Assembly: GCA_049724395.1 (NCBI GenBank)
Contig: JAUGWO010000059.1
Span: 1 to 64,000, forward strand
Length of the DNA stretch: 64,000 nucleotides
Direction: 5' to 3'
From: Spongospora subterranea f. sp. subterranea
Lineage: Eukaryota
This document shows, piece by piece, positions 11,295 to 23,029 of this stretch. Each line of letters starts with the position of its first letter. The stretch's first letter is position 1. Made by a program: the position numbers and the translations under genes. The notes under the pieces were generated by a model. The model was not told the DNA's origin, ran no database searches, and saw only the letters and a program-made list of their open reading frames with translations.

Positions 11295-12955
11295 TCTTTG
11301 TTTCTAAAAGCACAAAGTTTCATCAGTTTTTGTAAAACAATGCGAATGAAAACCTGTACTCAGGGGATTTGACGATTCTCTTCATCTGGGAACCGCAGGT
11401 GTTATGATTTGATCTAGGGCCGGGGCACCATGTCTTTCCAAAACGAGGGTGCTTGAAACATGGGCCCCAACGTGTCTGGAACAGGTCCATATCTTTGCCA
11501 CAGCATTTCACAAGACATTGAAGGACGGGGATACAAGTGTGCTTGAAAAGAAGAATCACCTGACGACTAACATCGAGGAGCGATTTTCTGCAGGAGACCA
11601 GTTTCAAAACAAAATTCGAAATTAGGATCAGCTTCTGCAGGGTGCTGGCTGCCTTGGCAAATAACCTAGGATGAGGAACATCGATGTTGTTTTGTCCGAC
11701 CTTAACGGTATCCCGCCCCGACTTTCCGCGCAACAGTAGTTTCATCATGTGTTGCGTCATGGCGACACTGTTGTGAAACTCGACCTGTTCTGGATTCGTC
11801 TCCTTTCCCTAAGCCGACGATACAGGTTGTGATCATCAAATTCCAGACAGAGCGGGGAACCGGAGTTCTGACCAGAAACAGGCAGAGGCTCTCATAATCT
11901 TTGACCTCATCCAGGTCCCAGTTTAGGGGCGGACAGAACTTTCTCAATCCCAAAGCAGAAGAATGGATCATTTTTTGAGTGTGCTCCGGAAATGCATCCT
12001 AGTACGCCCATAAAGCATATATCGAATTCACGATTAACGGCAATCGCTTACTGGCACGACATTCTCGTTAACGTCAGCAGGCTGGTTTTTCGAATTAACC
12101 GTATTTTCGATGCGGCAATTGAAAGTTTTGCCATCTTCGCTTTCAATTGACTGTTGACCATTAATACTGATACGGAATGCATCACTTTGTGAAATCGTGT
12201 TCGGGTTCCAGTCCTAAGACGCACTCAGCAAACCCAAACACAATTTGGACATGATCTGAACTCCTAAGTTCCTTGAAGAACTGTCAACAAACTGGTGGGC
12301 GTTGCTGTTATCGGCAACGAGATTCTCGAGAAAGTATTTTGACGGCAAAATTTCCGAATCAATAGGAATTCGATTTGGATCGATAAGACAATCGAGGTTC
12401 TCGCCCTTTTGGCTCAACTGTTGAGAATTGATATTGATATTGGACTCGTCAATTTTCGAACCCGAGCTCGAGTCCCATTCCTAAAAACGCACTTAACAAG
12501 CCGAATCTCCATTTGAAGATATGCTGAACGACTACATTGATTGAAGAACTTTCATTAAACGGGTCGAAACGATTGATGTTGGAAAAACCACACGCCAACA
12601 AGGAATTGCCTTTCAGCCAATTTGACTCAATTCCCGAATATTCGAATATTGGAAAGAGCAAATCTTTGGTTTCGTCAAGGAGCATTGCCCACTCCTGCGA
12701 CGGCGACATTATGTCCTGCAAGGACCAATGATCTCAGAATGAATTCAATCCTTTAAAGCGACATTCCGCCATCCATACCGAGAAAGTCGAGGAGGAGATT
12801 CTTGTGGCGGCATTGGCCTGACCTGAGCCAAGCGGTTCGTCCCCACCATGACCATGTTCGGTTGTCACAGATCGAGTCGGTCTGGTCACCACAAGCAACA
12901 ATCCAATCAACTTGATGACACGCATTGGAGGAATGGAGCAACAGTGTAGCGCCAA
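11295..12955 (-). pseudogene. Degenerate long coding region of unknown family, possible signal peptide
   Basis: Consecutive minus-strand ORF pieces (12955-12734 and 12721-12449 are in frame across one TGA; 12417-12214; 11971-11702); hydrophobic start MRVIKLIGLLLVVTRPTRS; no recognised domain. Confidence 0.3.
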
Positions 12956-13079
12956 AGATGAGTTCAGAGTTAATGCCGGTTTAATGTGTCATACACCAGG
13001 GTTCAGATACCCGCTTCTCCTCTCCCACCTATTCAACTGCGCTGCTGTGATTTATTTTTGCATTTGACAGACTGAATCA

Positions 13080-13620
13080 TTATGGGACTCTATCCAACTG
13101 ATGAAGACACTCTGATGAATAGTAACAGTACAACAATACATGATCAAGATGAGAAATACGTTGAAAATTACATTGGGAACCAACAATATCGGATCATAGA
13201 TGGACCGAATCAAGTCTCATTAAGATAACGGACAACGAATTATTCACCAACAAAACTGAAGCACCAACGACATCCTTAACTCAGCCGAGTCTGCTAACTG
13301 GGGAGAACGAACTAGACCACTAAAAAACAGGACAAGCGATTTACTGGAAAAACTGGAAAACCATAGTATTGTCACAAAAAAAAGACAATGAACAAACAAA
13401 CAAAGAAGAAACGCTACAAAAACTTGAAAAGATAAGGATCCCCAAAAAATTCGTCAACAACAATAACTCAACAAAACCAAAAAAACAAATGAAAATAACA
13501 CATTGTTTTGCGCGGCTTAATGTTAAAGCGAAACAAGTATTGAATAACAGAACTTTAATTATAACACAATGGAACGCATGTTCACTAAGCGAGGGGAGGC
13601 AACCGAACTGGCACACTTTG
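13080..13620 (+). mobile_element. Non-LTR (LINE) retrotransposon fragment reaching the start of the APE endonuclease domain
   Basis: Strongly A-rich plus strand; RTLIITQWNACSL is the typical opening strand of an APE endonuclease; truncated just before the 62-bp array. Confidence 0.55.
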
Positions 13621-13766
13621 CGAATCACTACATAATAAAATTTGGTAGGTACGCAACTTGTTGCATGGGTCGGTTCCGACGCAACCAGTTGCCAGAACGG
13701 TAAAAGCGATGTGAATTATCAGCTCTTTCGTTGATCGCAAAGGACTTGCAGGTTGCTCTTCGCTCT

Positions 13767-14990
13767 GGTCATTAACGTTGCCTATTAGGTTACAATGCCG
13801 TCTCGTTCATCTCCTATCCGATGGCTGTGGTCATTAACGTTGCCTATTAGGTTACCATGCCGTCTCAATAATCTCCTATCCGATGGCTGTGGTCATTAAC
13901 GTTGCCTATTAGGTTACCATGCCGTCTCAATAATCTCCTATCCGATGGCTGTGGTCATTAACGTTGCCTATTAGGTTACCATGCCGTCTCAATAATCTCC
14001 TATCCGATGGCTGTGGTCATTAACGTTACCTATTAGGTTACCATGTCGTCTCAATAATCTCCTATCCGATGGCTGTGGTCATTAACGTTGCCTATTAGGT
14101 TACCATGCCGTCTCAATAATCTCCTATCCGATGGCTGTGGTCATTAACGTTACCTATTAGGTTACCATGTCGTCTCAATAATCTCCTATCCGATGGCTGT
14201 GGTCATTAACGTTGCCTATTAGGTTACCATGCCGTCTCAATAATCTCCTATCCGATGGCTGTGGTCATTAACGTTGCCTATTAGGTTACCATGCCGTCTT
14301 CAATAATCTCCTATCCGATGGCTGTGGTCATTAACGTTGCCTATTAGGTTACCATGCCGTCTCAATAATCTCCTATCCGATGGCTGTGGTCATTAACGTT
14401 GCCTATTAGGTTACCATGCCGTCTCAATAATCTCCTATCCGATGGCTGTGGTCATTAACGTTGCCTATTAGGTTACCATGCGGTCTCAATAATCTCCTAT
14501 CCGATGGCTGTGGTCATTAACGTTGCCTATTAGGTTACCATGCGGTCTCAATAATCTCCTATCCGATGGCTGTGGTCATTAACGTTGCCTATTAGGTTAC
14601 CATGCCGTCTCAATAATCTCCTATCGGATGGCTGTGGTCATTAACGTTGCCTATTAGATTACCATGCCGTCTCAATAATCTCCTATCCGATGGCTGTGGT
14701 CATTAACGTTGCCTATTAGGTTACCATGCGGTCTCAATAATCTCCTATCCGATGGCTGTGGTCATTAACGTTGCCTATTAGGTTACCATGCGGTCTCAAT
14801 AATCTCCTATCCGATGGCTGTGGTCATTAACGTTGCCTATTAGGTTACCATGCGGTCTCAATAATCTCCTATCCGATGGCTGTGGTCATTAACGTTGCCT
14901 ATTAGGTTACCATGCCGTCTCAATAATCTCCTATCGGATGGCTGTGGTCATTAACGTTGCCTATTAGATTACCATGCCGTCTCAATAATA
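13767..14990. repeat. Minisatellite, 62-bp unit, ~20 copies
   Basis: Unit GGTCATTAACGTTGCCTATTAGGTTACCATGCCGTCTCAATAATCTCCTATCCGATGGCTGT starting at 13767, 13829, 13891 ... 14946; one 63-bp unit; degenerate extra copy near 15025. Confidence 0.98.
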
Positions 14991-15243
14991 TCCTTACATT
15001 TGCCGTATCCGATAGTATTGCTGTGGTCATTGGCGTTGCGAATTTTGTTTCAATGCTGTTTTGATGCCGAATTAGCAAAATTCTATGCTTTTTGTGGAAG
15101 AACCAACAATCGTGATGAATCCAACAATTGTTGTGCAACAAGGTTCAGAAATTGTTGGACTTCCGTACTAAAATAACAACAATTTATCCCAGAAATTTTT
15201 TCCATGACAGAACATGGAGTTCTAACCGGTTTGAGTTTATTCA

Positions 15244-16095
15244 TTACGTGCGATTTGAACGCAGAGTGCTGAATGTTGTCTTCTTCTTCAAAAAATGCAC
15301 CAAAATCATGGGCCAAATGGTCGACGCCGCATTGCAAGCCATTTCATATATAAACACAAGCACATATTGGTCGATAGTTATCGGGGTCATTCCTTTCACC
15401 ATAAAGGTTGTGAATAGTTCGAAAATTGTCTGGATTAGAAAAAATCCAATTGTGATATTCATCAATCGGCCGTGACCAGAAGTGCTCTGTGAAGCAGTTG
15501 CTTTGGGTTTAGTATCACGAAAACTTGGGGAACTGGCAGTTTTGGCGGTGGCGGTAATGCTGTGTCTAGTCATTACATACTTGAAAAAACGGAAGTTGAT
15601 GCTAATGTCGATAATGAACCGGGTTACAGTTGTTGCATATTGCAAGTTGTCGTTAGGAATATAAATACATAGCTCGATGAAGGGGATTACCATCGTATTC
15701 ATCGCGACGTTCATCCAGATAGCGCCGAACGGCACCATGAGGCAGGAGAGAAACAAGACAAAATAATCGATACCTTGGCTGCATTTCGACTCCATTTTAT
15801 GCAGCATTGTCACTCGCGCTGAAAAGTATATCCGCATCATCGCCTGAACAGCAGAAAACGTTGTTCCACCGATTCGATGAAGAATAACGCATTCACTCTC
15901 AGTACGGCCAAGAACGAACATATTTGCAATCGTGGACAGAATCGTCACCACATTGATAACCACCGCCAACCCGTGAAGCATGATCCAATAACGAGTGAGT
16001 TTTTTCTGCTGAACCATTATGTAAATGAAGAGGGCCAAACCGAAAGAAACGACGACTACAACTGCTATTAGCTCATTCATTATCGGGCTCGCCAT
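15244..16095 (-). CDS. Intronless seven-transmembrane GPCR-like protein (283 aa)
   Basis: Seven hydrophobic segments; Cys at the top of TM3 (SECVIL) and in ECL2 (ELCIY); Ser/Thr-rich third cytoplasmic loop; basic tail after TM7 (FLKKK). Confidence 0.8.
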   Translation of the reverse strand: MASPIMNELIAVVVVVSFGLALFIYIMVQQKKLTRYWIMLHGLAVVINVVTILSTIANMFVLGRTESECVILHRIGGTTFSAVQAMMRIYFSARVTMLHKMESKCSQGIDYFVLFLSCLMVPFGAIWMNVAMNTMVIPFIELCIYIPNDNLQYATTVTRFIIDISINFRFFKYVMTRHSITATAKTASSPSFRDTKPKATASQSTSGHGRLMNITIGFFLIQTIFELFTTFMVKGMTPITIDQYVLVFIYEMACNAASTIWPMILVHFLKKKTTFSTLRSNRT

Positions 16096-16443
16096 TGCTG
16101 AAATATTGACTGGCGACGCTTAAGAGGTCTTCTGTTGCAAAATAGATTGATGAAATTCCGATCAAGAGCGTACGCGTATCTTCTGTATCGACATCATAAA
16201 ATTGGCCTGAACACAATGTCGATGCACAAGATTTTCTGATTATTCTCGGTCGCCATTTTGTTTATTGCCGATCAAATTGGCGTCCCAACTCCATACGTCC
16301 TCAAGTGATGGTTTGATCATTTTTGCTTTGGCTTACAATCGGTTTCATGGCTGGTTTTCTTCACGTTGTGTGCAGTTTGGGCAGTGACCTGAATCGCAGT
16401 TGATCAAGGACGCTTCAATCAATTCAAACAAGCGGATTTTTTG

Positions 16444-17145
16444 TTACATAAAGACAAAAGAACGGGGTCTCTGGCTGAATCCGGATTGGCCGAGAAGATA
16501 ACGGCGATTCTTGATTCTGTCAGGAACCAGCGAACCAAGTGTCTTGGATGATAACAGACTGTTGCCCTCCAGTAAAAAATTAAAGACTCTTCCAATTACG
16601 TCATCAATCCGGCCTGTCACCATCCAGCCGCCCCCTTGTGGTCTTTTCTGATTTACATGGTATAAAATCAAAAAACATGAAAGCCATCGCAATTCAATTG
16701 CAACTGTGTCTTTCAGCGCTGGTAATTTCGTCGTCACAATCGGAGCCACTTGGAAATCATCACCGTCTCGTCCTGCATGGGCTTTCTAAGGCGATATTTC
16801 GAAATGCCCTTGAGACCTTTGTGCTCCAGACAGCTTTTCAGCGACTGGGTCGTAATGAATAGTTCGACGCTCCTCGATGAGAAGACGGTGACTTGTTAAA
16901 CGCATGGAAAAGAGAATATTCGGTTCAAATCCAGGTTTTTCAAGCTCAGCCTGCTGGAACATCTGTTTGAGAAGTAGTAGAAGGTTGATGGCGGGATGAT
17001 GGTTGCTCGTTAGTGGCCTGGGATCGGCGGCTTGGTTCCCAGACAATATATTCGTTCGAGCCGTAAAAAATGTTAGAAGTTGAAAGAGGAAACAAAGATA
17101 GAAGAAACGCTCGTGGAAATGACGTGACGAAAAGAAAAGACGCAC
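16444..17145 (-). pseudogene. Possible degenerate secreted-protein gene
   Basis: ORFs 17145-16786 and 16749-16444 are in the same frame, separated by one TAG; hydrophobic N-terminal stretch FFYLCFLFQLLTFFTA; no recognised domain. Confidence 0.25.
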
Positions 17146-17354
17146 TCAAAAGTGACGTGCAAGTGCTTGCGAACGAAACGTTTTATGCCTGCAAAGACTG
17201 CCTGAAAATACTACAATGGTAAACCCCGAAATAAGAAGTGGTTTATAATAGAGAGCGAGTAACGCTAGATTGGTCGTATGGCAATTCGCAAGTCTGTCAA
17301 TTTTGATGTTGAATTATTGGTATCAAATGCCGAATCCGAATGTAGAATGATGTA

Positions 17355-19041
17355 CTCCCTCCGTTCGGAAATACAAGTTCCACGCACATTATTTTTTGTT
17401 CGGAAATAAGAGTCCCATTTTATGATTCTTCAGGTCAAGCTTTTATTTGCTTGATTTAGTATGGCAACATCGCACAATAACGAGTCCGGAAGTATTCCTT
17501 TTCTCAAAAGAGTTGCCTTTCCCATATGTCGGAGCTTGTAGTGGTTTCCTCCATTGATTTTCAAAATTTCTACCATGCATCGCTGAAGTGTCAAAAACGT
17601 ACAGCGTATCACGATCAATTTCGTTACTGCCTTGATTAGGTCATCAATGGTCTTTGGAGACTTTTTTTACTGCAAGGACTGAATGGCCCGAAACAATCTT
17701 AAATCTAAAACGTTCAGGTCTGGACTATTTGCTGGCTGGAACGTTAATTTGATTTCAAATCCGTCTTTGGCCGCGTCCACAATAAATTCTGCATCAGATG
17801 GATCGAGGTGAGGTTTTGCATTGTCTTGTTGCAAAAAGATCGGCTGCGACCAGTCCCGGGGCCATTTCGAACGAATTGCAGGCATAATGTCATGAATCAA
17901 ATGTCTTCGGATCACATCCTTGTTAACTGATTCAATGGGTTTAGTCACCATAGTGCCTGCAGGACGATTATTGCTGCTCCTTTTGGCAGGCTCTTTGAAA
18001 ACAAATGGGAAAATGCCTATTTTCCCAGAAAACCATCGGTTCCGCGACCGGTCCCATCTTGGTCTTTCAACTGCTGCCATAAACATTATCTTTTCTATAA
18101 ACCGCATACTTTTACACGTGCGGTAAGGCTCAGTCTCATCGGATGCTAAGTAAATTCGCTTGTTTGTTTCTGTCATGAAAAACCACTTCTCGTCAATGTG
18201 TATCACATTCGCATCATGTCATGGAAGACTGGTTCTGCGGCTTCATTTATGTTCACCATCGAGATACAGAATCTGAGTCTTTCAAGCATATTAGCTTCAG
18301 TTAAATATGGTTTCAAAGCGTTCGAATGAGGTTTAAGAATGCCTTGTTGAATCCGATTATGAACAGTAGAGACTGATACATTCAGAGCGCAAGCGATTGA
18401 TCGAATATTTGTTCGCTGCTGCAATGGAATTTGTTTTACTTGCTCCGGCGTGATGACCGTTTTCTTCCTTCCAACACGGCCTCGTTTTTTGGATGAAACA
18501 TCTGCTGGGCCTGTTCCAAGGATAGATGACTTTTTGCCTTGATTCCAGATTCGACTGACAGTTTTTCTGGCAACAGAAAATTGGCGACTTGCCAACAAGA
18601 TTGAACCGCGAGCACGTTTTCCTGTGACACTTATTTTCAAAAGATTCATAAATGACACGTCTTTGACTATCTGTAACGTTTGTTTTCCCTTTTCTGTGTG
18701 CGAAATCTGCATCAACGATAAGATTTTCGAAAACTTGTTGCTCTCCATCTATGGTACTTCTCAGCGACTTGATGTTTTAAAGGGCAAATTCGGACCTACT
18801 CCTAGTGCAGACATGTTTTTACAAGAAAACTCTGCTATGTGAAAGCAGCGGTGCTGTTGGAAGTTTCGGACGAATACCCAACTTTTACCTCGGCGGTTTT
18901 AAGGCAAGTATTTATTGCTGGCGCTTCAGGATTGGACAAAGACTGCACCTATGCTTAATATTCCAATGCATGTTAAAATCAACTGGATGGCGCTAAAAAT
19001 GGCCTTTTTGAAATGGGACTCTTATTTCCGAACAGAGGGAG
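17355..19041 (-). mobile_element. Plant-mariner-type (DD39D) Tc1/mariner transposon with both TIRs and TA target duplication; transposase frameshifted
   Basis: TA|CTCCCTCCGTTCGGAAATA ... TATTTCCGAACAGAGGGAG|TA; motifs IHIDEKWF, QQDNAKPH, NSPDLNVLD with 39 residues between D2 and D3; ORF pieces 18748-18203, 18206-17667, 17618-17430. Confidence 0.95.
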
Positions 19042-19799
19042 TATTAGTTTACAATCAACGTCATTTGTACGTCAACCGGTCGATCGAATCCATGCATTCG
19101 GAGTATTTAATTGTTCCCAACTCCGAGCTTGTTTCAAATTCAGCCTGTTTTAGGTCTGGTGCACAATAAATGTTATAGTTTTGTGTCTGGTGCACAATAA
19201 TTTTTTTATGGAATCTCTAAAACAATGTTTTCCACCTCTGCTTTGCTTTGTAGGTTTCATATTTTTCTTCTTTGCTTGTCTGTGGGTTGGAATGTTTCAT
19301 CCAGGCTCAAATTTGTGCTCACATTTGATCCTCAAATCTGTTTTGGCCATCTTTGTCACATGTTTGTATTTGGTCTTGACATATTGTTTCTTAAAAATTC
19401 TATTTCCGCTTCGTTATGCGTCTCTGTCAAATCTCAATTGCTCTATCCCTGAGTCCACGACTCGAGTAAGCCATTCTTATGAGGTGGAGAAATTTTTTGG
19501 GCGCTACTATTCAACGTAGCTGGTACATTCAGGCCTCGACCTATTTCAACCAAAATAGCCCTGTCAACTTTCAGAAGTGAAGCAAAACAAGTCAAATATT
19601 TCACTTTCTATGACCCGATTCTTTGTTTAGATAAGGACACGATTCTTCTCATGTGTCGACTTTTGTGACAAGGAAAACTACTATTTTTTTCCCATTGGTA
19701 TTTCAAGTCAAACCTCGAGCGATGCTGACCCTAAACGCCCAACCCAGTCATCTCTATCTGATTTGCCAACTATTCTACTGTTACCATCTGTTGTCGTCC

Positions 19800-20400
19800 T
19801 CTTAATGCCGCTTTGACATGTCAACACCCGGTACACCATTCCAGCGCACGTTTGCAACATTGCATGAATGACTTCTCTATGGAGGCGTCATTCTCAATTT
19901 CCGCTCGCCACATCACCTGTAGTTCAAGCGGACTTGTTCCTCGAATCAAAATGCGAATCAGCTTTTCTCTGCCTAAATCAGAGGCTCGTAGATGGGGCAG
20001 CTGGAATTTTTATATTGCGACCACGAATTTTTGAATGGACTTTTCGCCCTTCGACAAAAAACTTCTTGGTGACAATGTTCCGTCAAAAGGGTCATTGTGG
20101 CTTGCATGCTGCTGATTGAGTCGTCAGTATCCTGTATCAGTTGTTTGTTGATCCAGTTCAACACCATCTGGCCCGGTAACTCATTCAAATTAACCGGTGC
20201 CTCGGTGCCCCAATCGTAGATATAATTTCGATGATCTGGATGCATCAGCGATCGCCAGGTATTTGGATGAGAGTTTTCATGAGTCTAATTCCAAACGAGT
20301 CTGGAGGTGCTATGTGGTCCACCACCTTGACGTGGTGTATGCCCTTTTGCATTGAGGGTAGCTTGTCGAAGAGCTCGTGTAATATCGTCAGCTGAATTTG
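19800..20400 (-). pseudogene. Degraded gag-like remnant (oomycete-type Ty3/gypsy)
   Basis: Fragments HPDHRNYIYDWGTEAPVNLNELPGQMVLNWINKQL and EKLIRILIRGTSPLELQVMWRAEIENDASIEKSFMQCCKRALEW resemble recalled protist gypsy gag; several frameshifts. Confidence 0.35.
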
Positions 20401-21029
20401 AACGCATAGCTTTTTCGAATCTGCTGGTTTTGTCGACGCTTCATGGTAAATTAACTAGTTTTGAACTTTTAATTGCTCAACTAATGATATTCAAGGCCTA
20501 CCTGTCACCTTGACCTAAACTAATAAACTCATTCGACATACAATTTCACGCCTCCATTAAGACGTCGTTGCCGAAGTGCAAAGCGATTCTGAAAACGTGC
20601 GCTGGAATGGTGGACCGGGTGTCGACATGTCAAAGCGGCAAGCAGTGAACATGGCAATTCAGATAGAAATGACATTGCCGGGTTGGGCATTCAGGGCCAG
20701 ATCGGTCGCGATCTGACTTTAGTGGCAATGTAAAATCTTTAGTTGTTTTATTTGTCACAAAAGCCGACGGCGCCAATGTCGATCTCGACGAAGGCCAATG
20801 GATCTCCATCACTAAATATCAAACTCTGATCCCGATGAGATCGTGCCCTGATCTAAACAAGGAATCGGGTCATAAAAATTTAGAAGTTTTAAATACATTT
20901 GATTTGTTTTGGGCAGTGAAAATGTCAAAAAGTGGAGGACAGGACAACAAGTCCGAGGAGGACAAATTAAAGAGCCGCACGAAGGGAGTTTAAGGTTTCG
21001 GGGGAATGGAATTAGATCCATTGAGATAA

Positions 21030-21555
21030 ACCGGATCGTAACACAGCGGTAAACGTTGGCCAAGTCAGACCGGATCGCAACACAACGGTAAACGTTTTCA
21101 AGTCAGACCGGATCGTAACACAACGGTAAACGTTCCCCAAGTCAGACCGGATCGTAACACAACGGTTAACGTTCCCCAAGTCAGACCGGATCGTAACACA
21201 ACGGTAAACGTTCCCCAAGTCAGACCGAATCGTAACACAGCGGGAAACGTTTCCCAAGTCAGACCGGATCGTAACACAACGGTAAACGTTCCCCAAGTCA
21301 GACCGGATCGTAACACAACGGTAAACGTTTTCAAGTCAGACCGGATCGTAACACAACGGTAAACGTTCCCCAAGTCAGACCGGATCGTAACACAACGCTA
21401 AACGTTTTCAAGTCAGACCGGATCGTAACACAACGGTAAACGTTCCCCAAGTCAGACCGGATCGTAACACAACGGTTAACGTTCCCCAAGTCAGACCGGA
21501 TCGTAACACAACGGGTAAACGTTCCCCAAGTCAGACCGGATCGTAACACAACGTT
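21030..21555. repeat. Minisatellite, 39-bp unit (38-40 bp variants), ~13 copies
   Basis: Unit AAGTCAGACCGGATCGTAACACAACGGTAAACGTTCCCC, e.g. starts at 21139 and 21178. Confidence 0.97.
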
Positions 21556-22149
21556 ACCAAAATCAAACTGGATCTTTAAATTTGATGAGCGGTAAATATC
21601 GGTGTTTTTCGTATATAAACGATGTTCGATATATATTACCCTTTCCCAAACAAAATCGATATCTCTTCCGAAATCAGGACTCGTAATATAGGGTGGCCGT
21701 AATAATTGGAATTTCGGCAGATTCATGTCATTTCGTTTACAACTGAACATTCGCATCAAGATGAGTGTTGCTAATAAGACCGGGAATATCGGTCGCGGGT
21801 TCGCAATGGGATATTCCATTTTTGAAACCAAACATGTATCCAAATGTATATGTCGTCACTGTTTGGTTTGTTCACTTCCGGTAAATAGAGATATTCGCTT
21901 TACTCAATAGCTATTACGCCTATTGCTTCTACAGGATTGCTGATTCAAGTGAGTGGTATCTGCGATTGATTTAACTGTTAGTCAGATGTTGTTGGTATAT
22001 TTCATATTTTGAGAAGACCATAATTTTTGCGGTTTTGATGCAAATAGTCAGGGTCGCTGGGAATGCTGAAGGAGAACCAATCCAGTAGTTGTTACCATTT
22101 CAGTCACAAACGCAAGGCGGAACGTACCAAGTCTGTAAATATGATCGTC

Positions 22150-22780
22150 GATCAAGTTGGAGAGGGTATGGAAGGATTTGACAGCCCTGACATACGAGCG
22201 TGTGAAAGCGAGGTCCGATGACAAGGATGGCGAAATTATAGCAACAGCCGTGATTTTCTTTACAGCGGGACCTGCCAAAGGTCATGGATTTGGACCAATT
22301 CGACCAAACTCAAGCGGTGCTTTGCCAGACCGGCAGGGATCGACAACAAGTTGAGATTGGTTTGCACATTCTATCATAAATGTGATGATAGTCCGTTTTT
22401 GAGACTGTTCCCGTTGATGTCGTCATTGGAACGATACTTTGCCATGTCTCTGCGGCGCTTTTCAGGGTTAGGTTGGTGGACACGACTTGAAATGTACTGT
22501 ATGCGGTCTAATTGTGTGGGGGATAATTTCGGTATCTGTCGAGCAGAGTCTTCGACAACTGCATATACTCTTGGAGGCTTGACAGGTAATAGTTGGAATT
22601 GACTAACCAATGATAATGTGTCGGTCACTTTGATGAACTTTCTGATTAGGTGGCTTAGTTTCACCCAGGAATTTGATACCTGGGAACCACTCGATCATTT
22701 GTTGGTTGAATGTCCGACTCATGTTAAGACTGTTCTCCAGAAAGCCAGAAAATTTCAAGACATTTTTGAGTTCTTCACAT
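22150..22780 (+). pseudogene. Degraded Ty3/gypsy integrase C-terminus with chromodomain
   Basis: ~22640-22740 reads FLIRWLSFTQEFDTWEPLDHLLVECPTHVKTVL (chromodomain); upstream part heavily frameshifted. Confidence 0.6.
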
Positions 22781-22860
22781 GAAAGGAGGGAATTGAGACG
22801 GATCAGACCCGTCAGTTGTTTGGAGTTTTCAGTTCTACTGTACCTAATCAGATCTTGTTA

Positions 22861-22992
22861 TCCACCGATCTAATCCTGTGTGTGTGTTGGCAACCCGATG
22901 TGCCGGTTCCGCAGCCTAAACTGTGTTGGCGTCTCAGGAATTACGAGCCTGGACTCGGGCTGCCAACACACACACACGACTAGATCGGTGGA
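22861..22992. repeat. ~37-bp imperfect inverted repeat (MITE-like or foldback, 132 bp)
   Basis: Left TCCACCGATCTAATCCTGTGTGTGTGTTGGCAACCCGA versus reverse complement of right TCCACCGATCTAGTCGTGTGTGTGTGTTGGCAGCCCGA: 3 mismatches; no clear target duplication. Confidence 0.9.
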
Positions 22993-23029
22993 AATTGTGT
23001 CAAACCTTGCTACGTCTGTCAACAGCATG

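Noticed and set aside
13767..14990. CRISPR array
   Set aside because: Units are contiguous and nearly identical with no unique spacers, no cas genes are present, and the context is eukaryotic
21012..21843. Repeat protein (LGNVYRCVTIRSD)n from the 39-bp array, or a CRISPR array
   Set aside because: 38- and 40-bp units repeatedly shift the frame, so the ORFs are by-products of the repeat; there are no spacers
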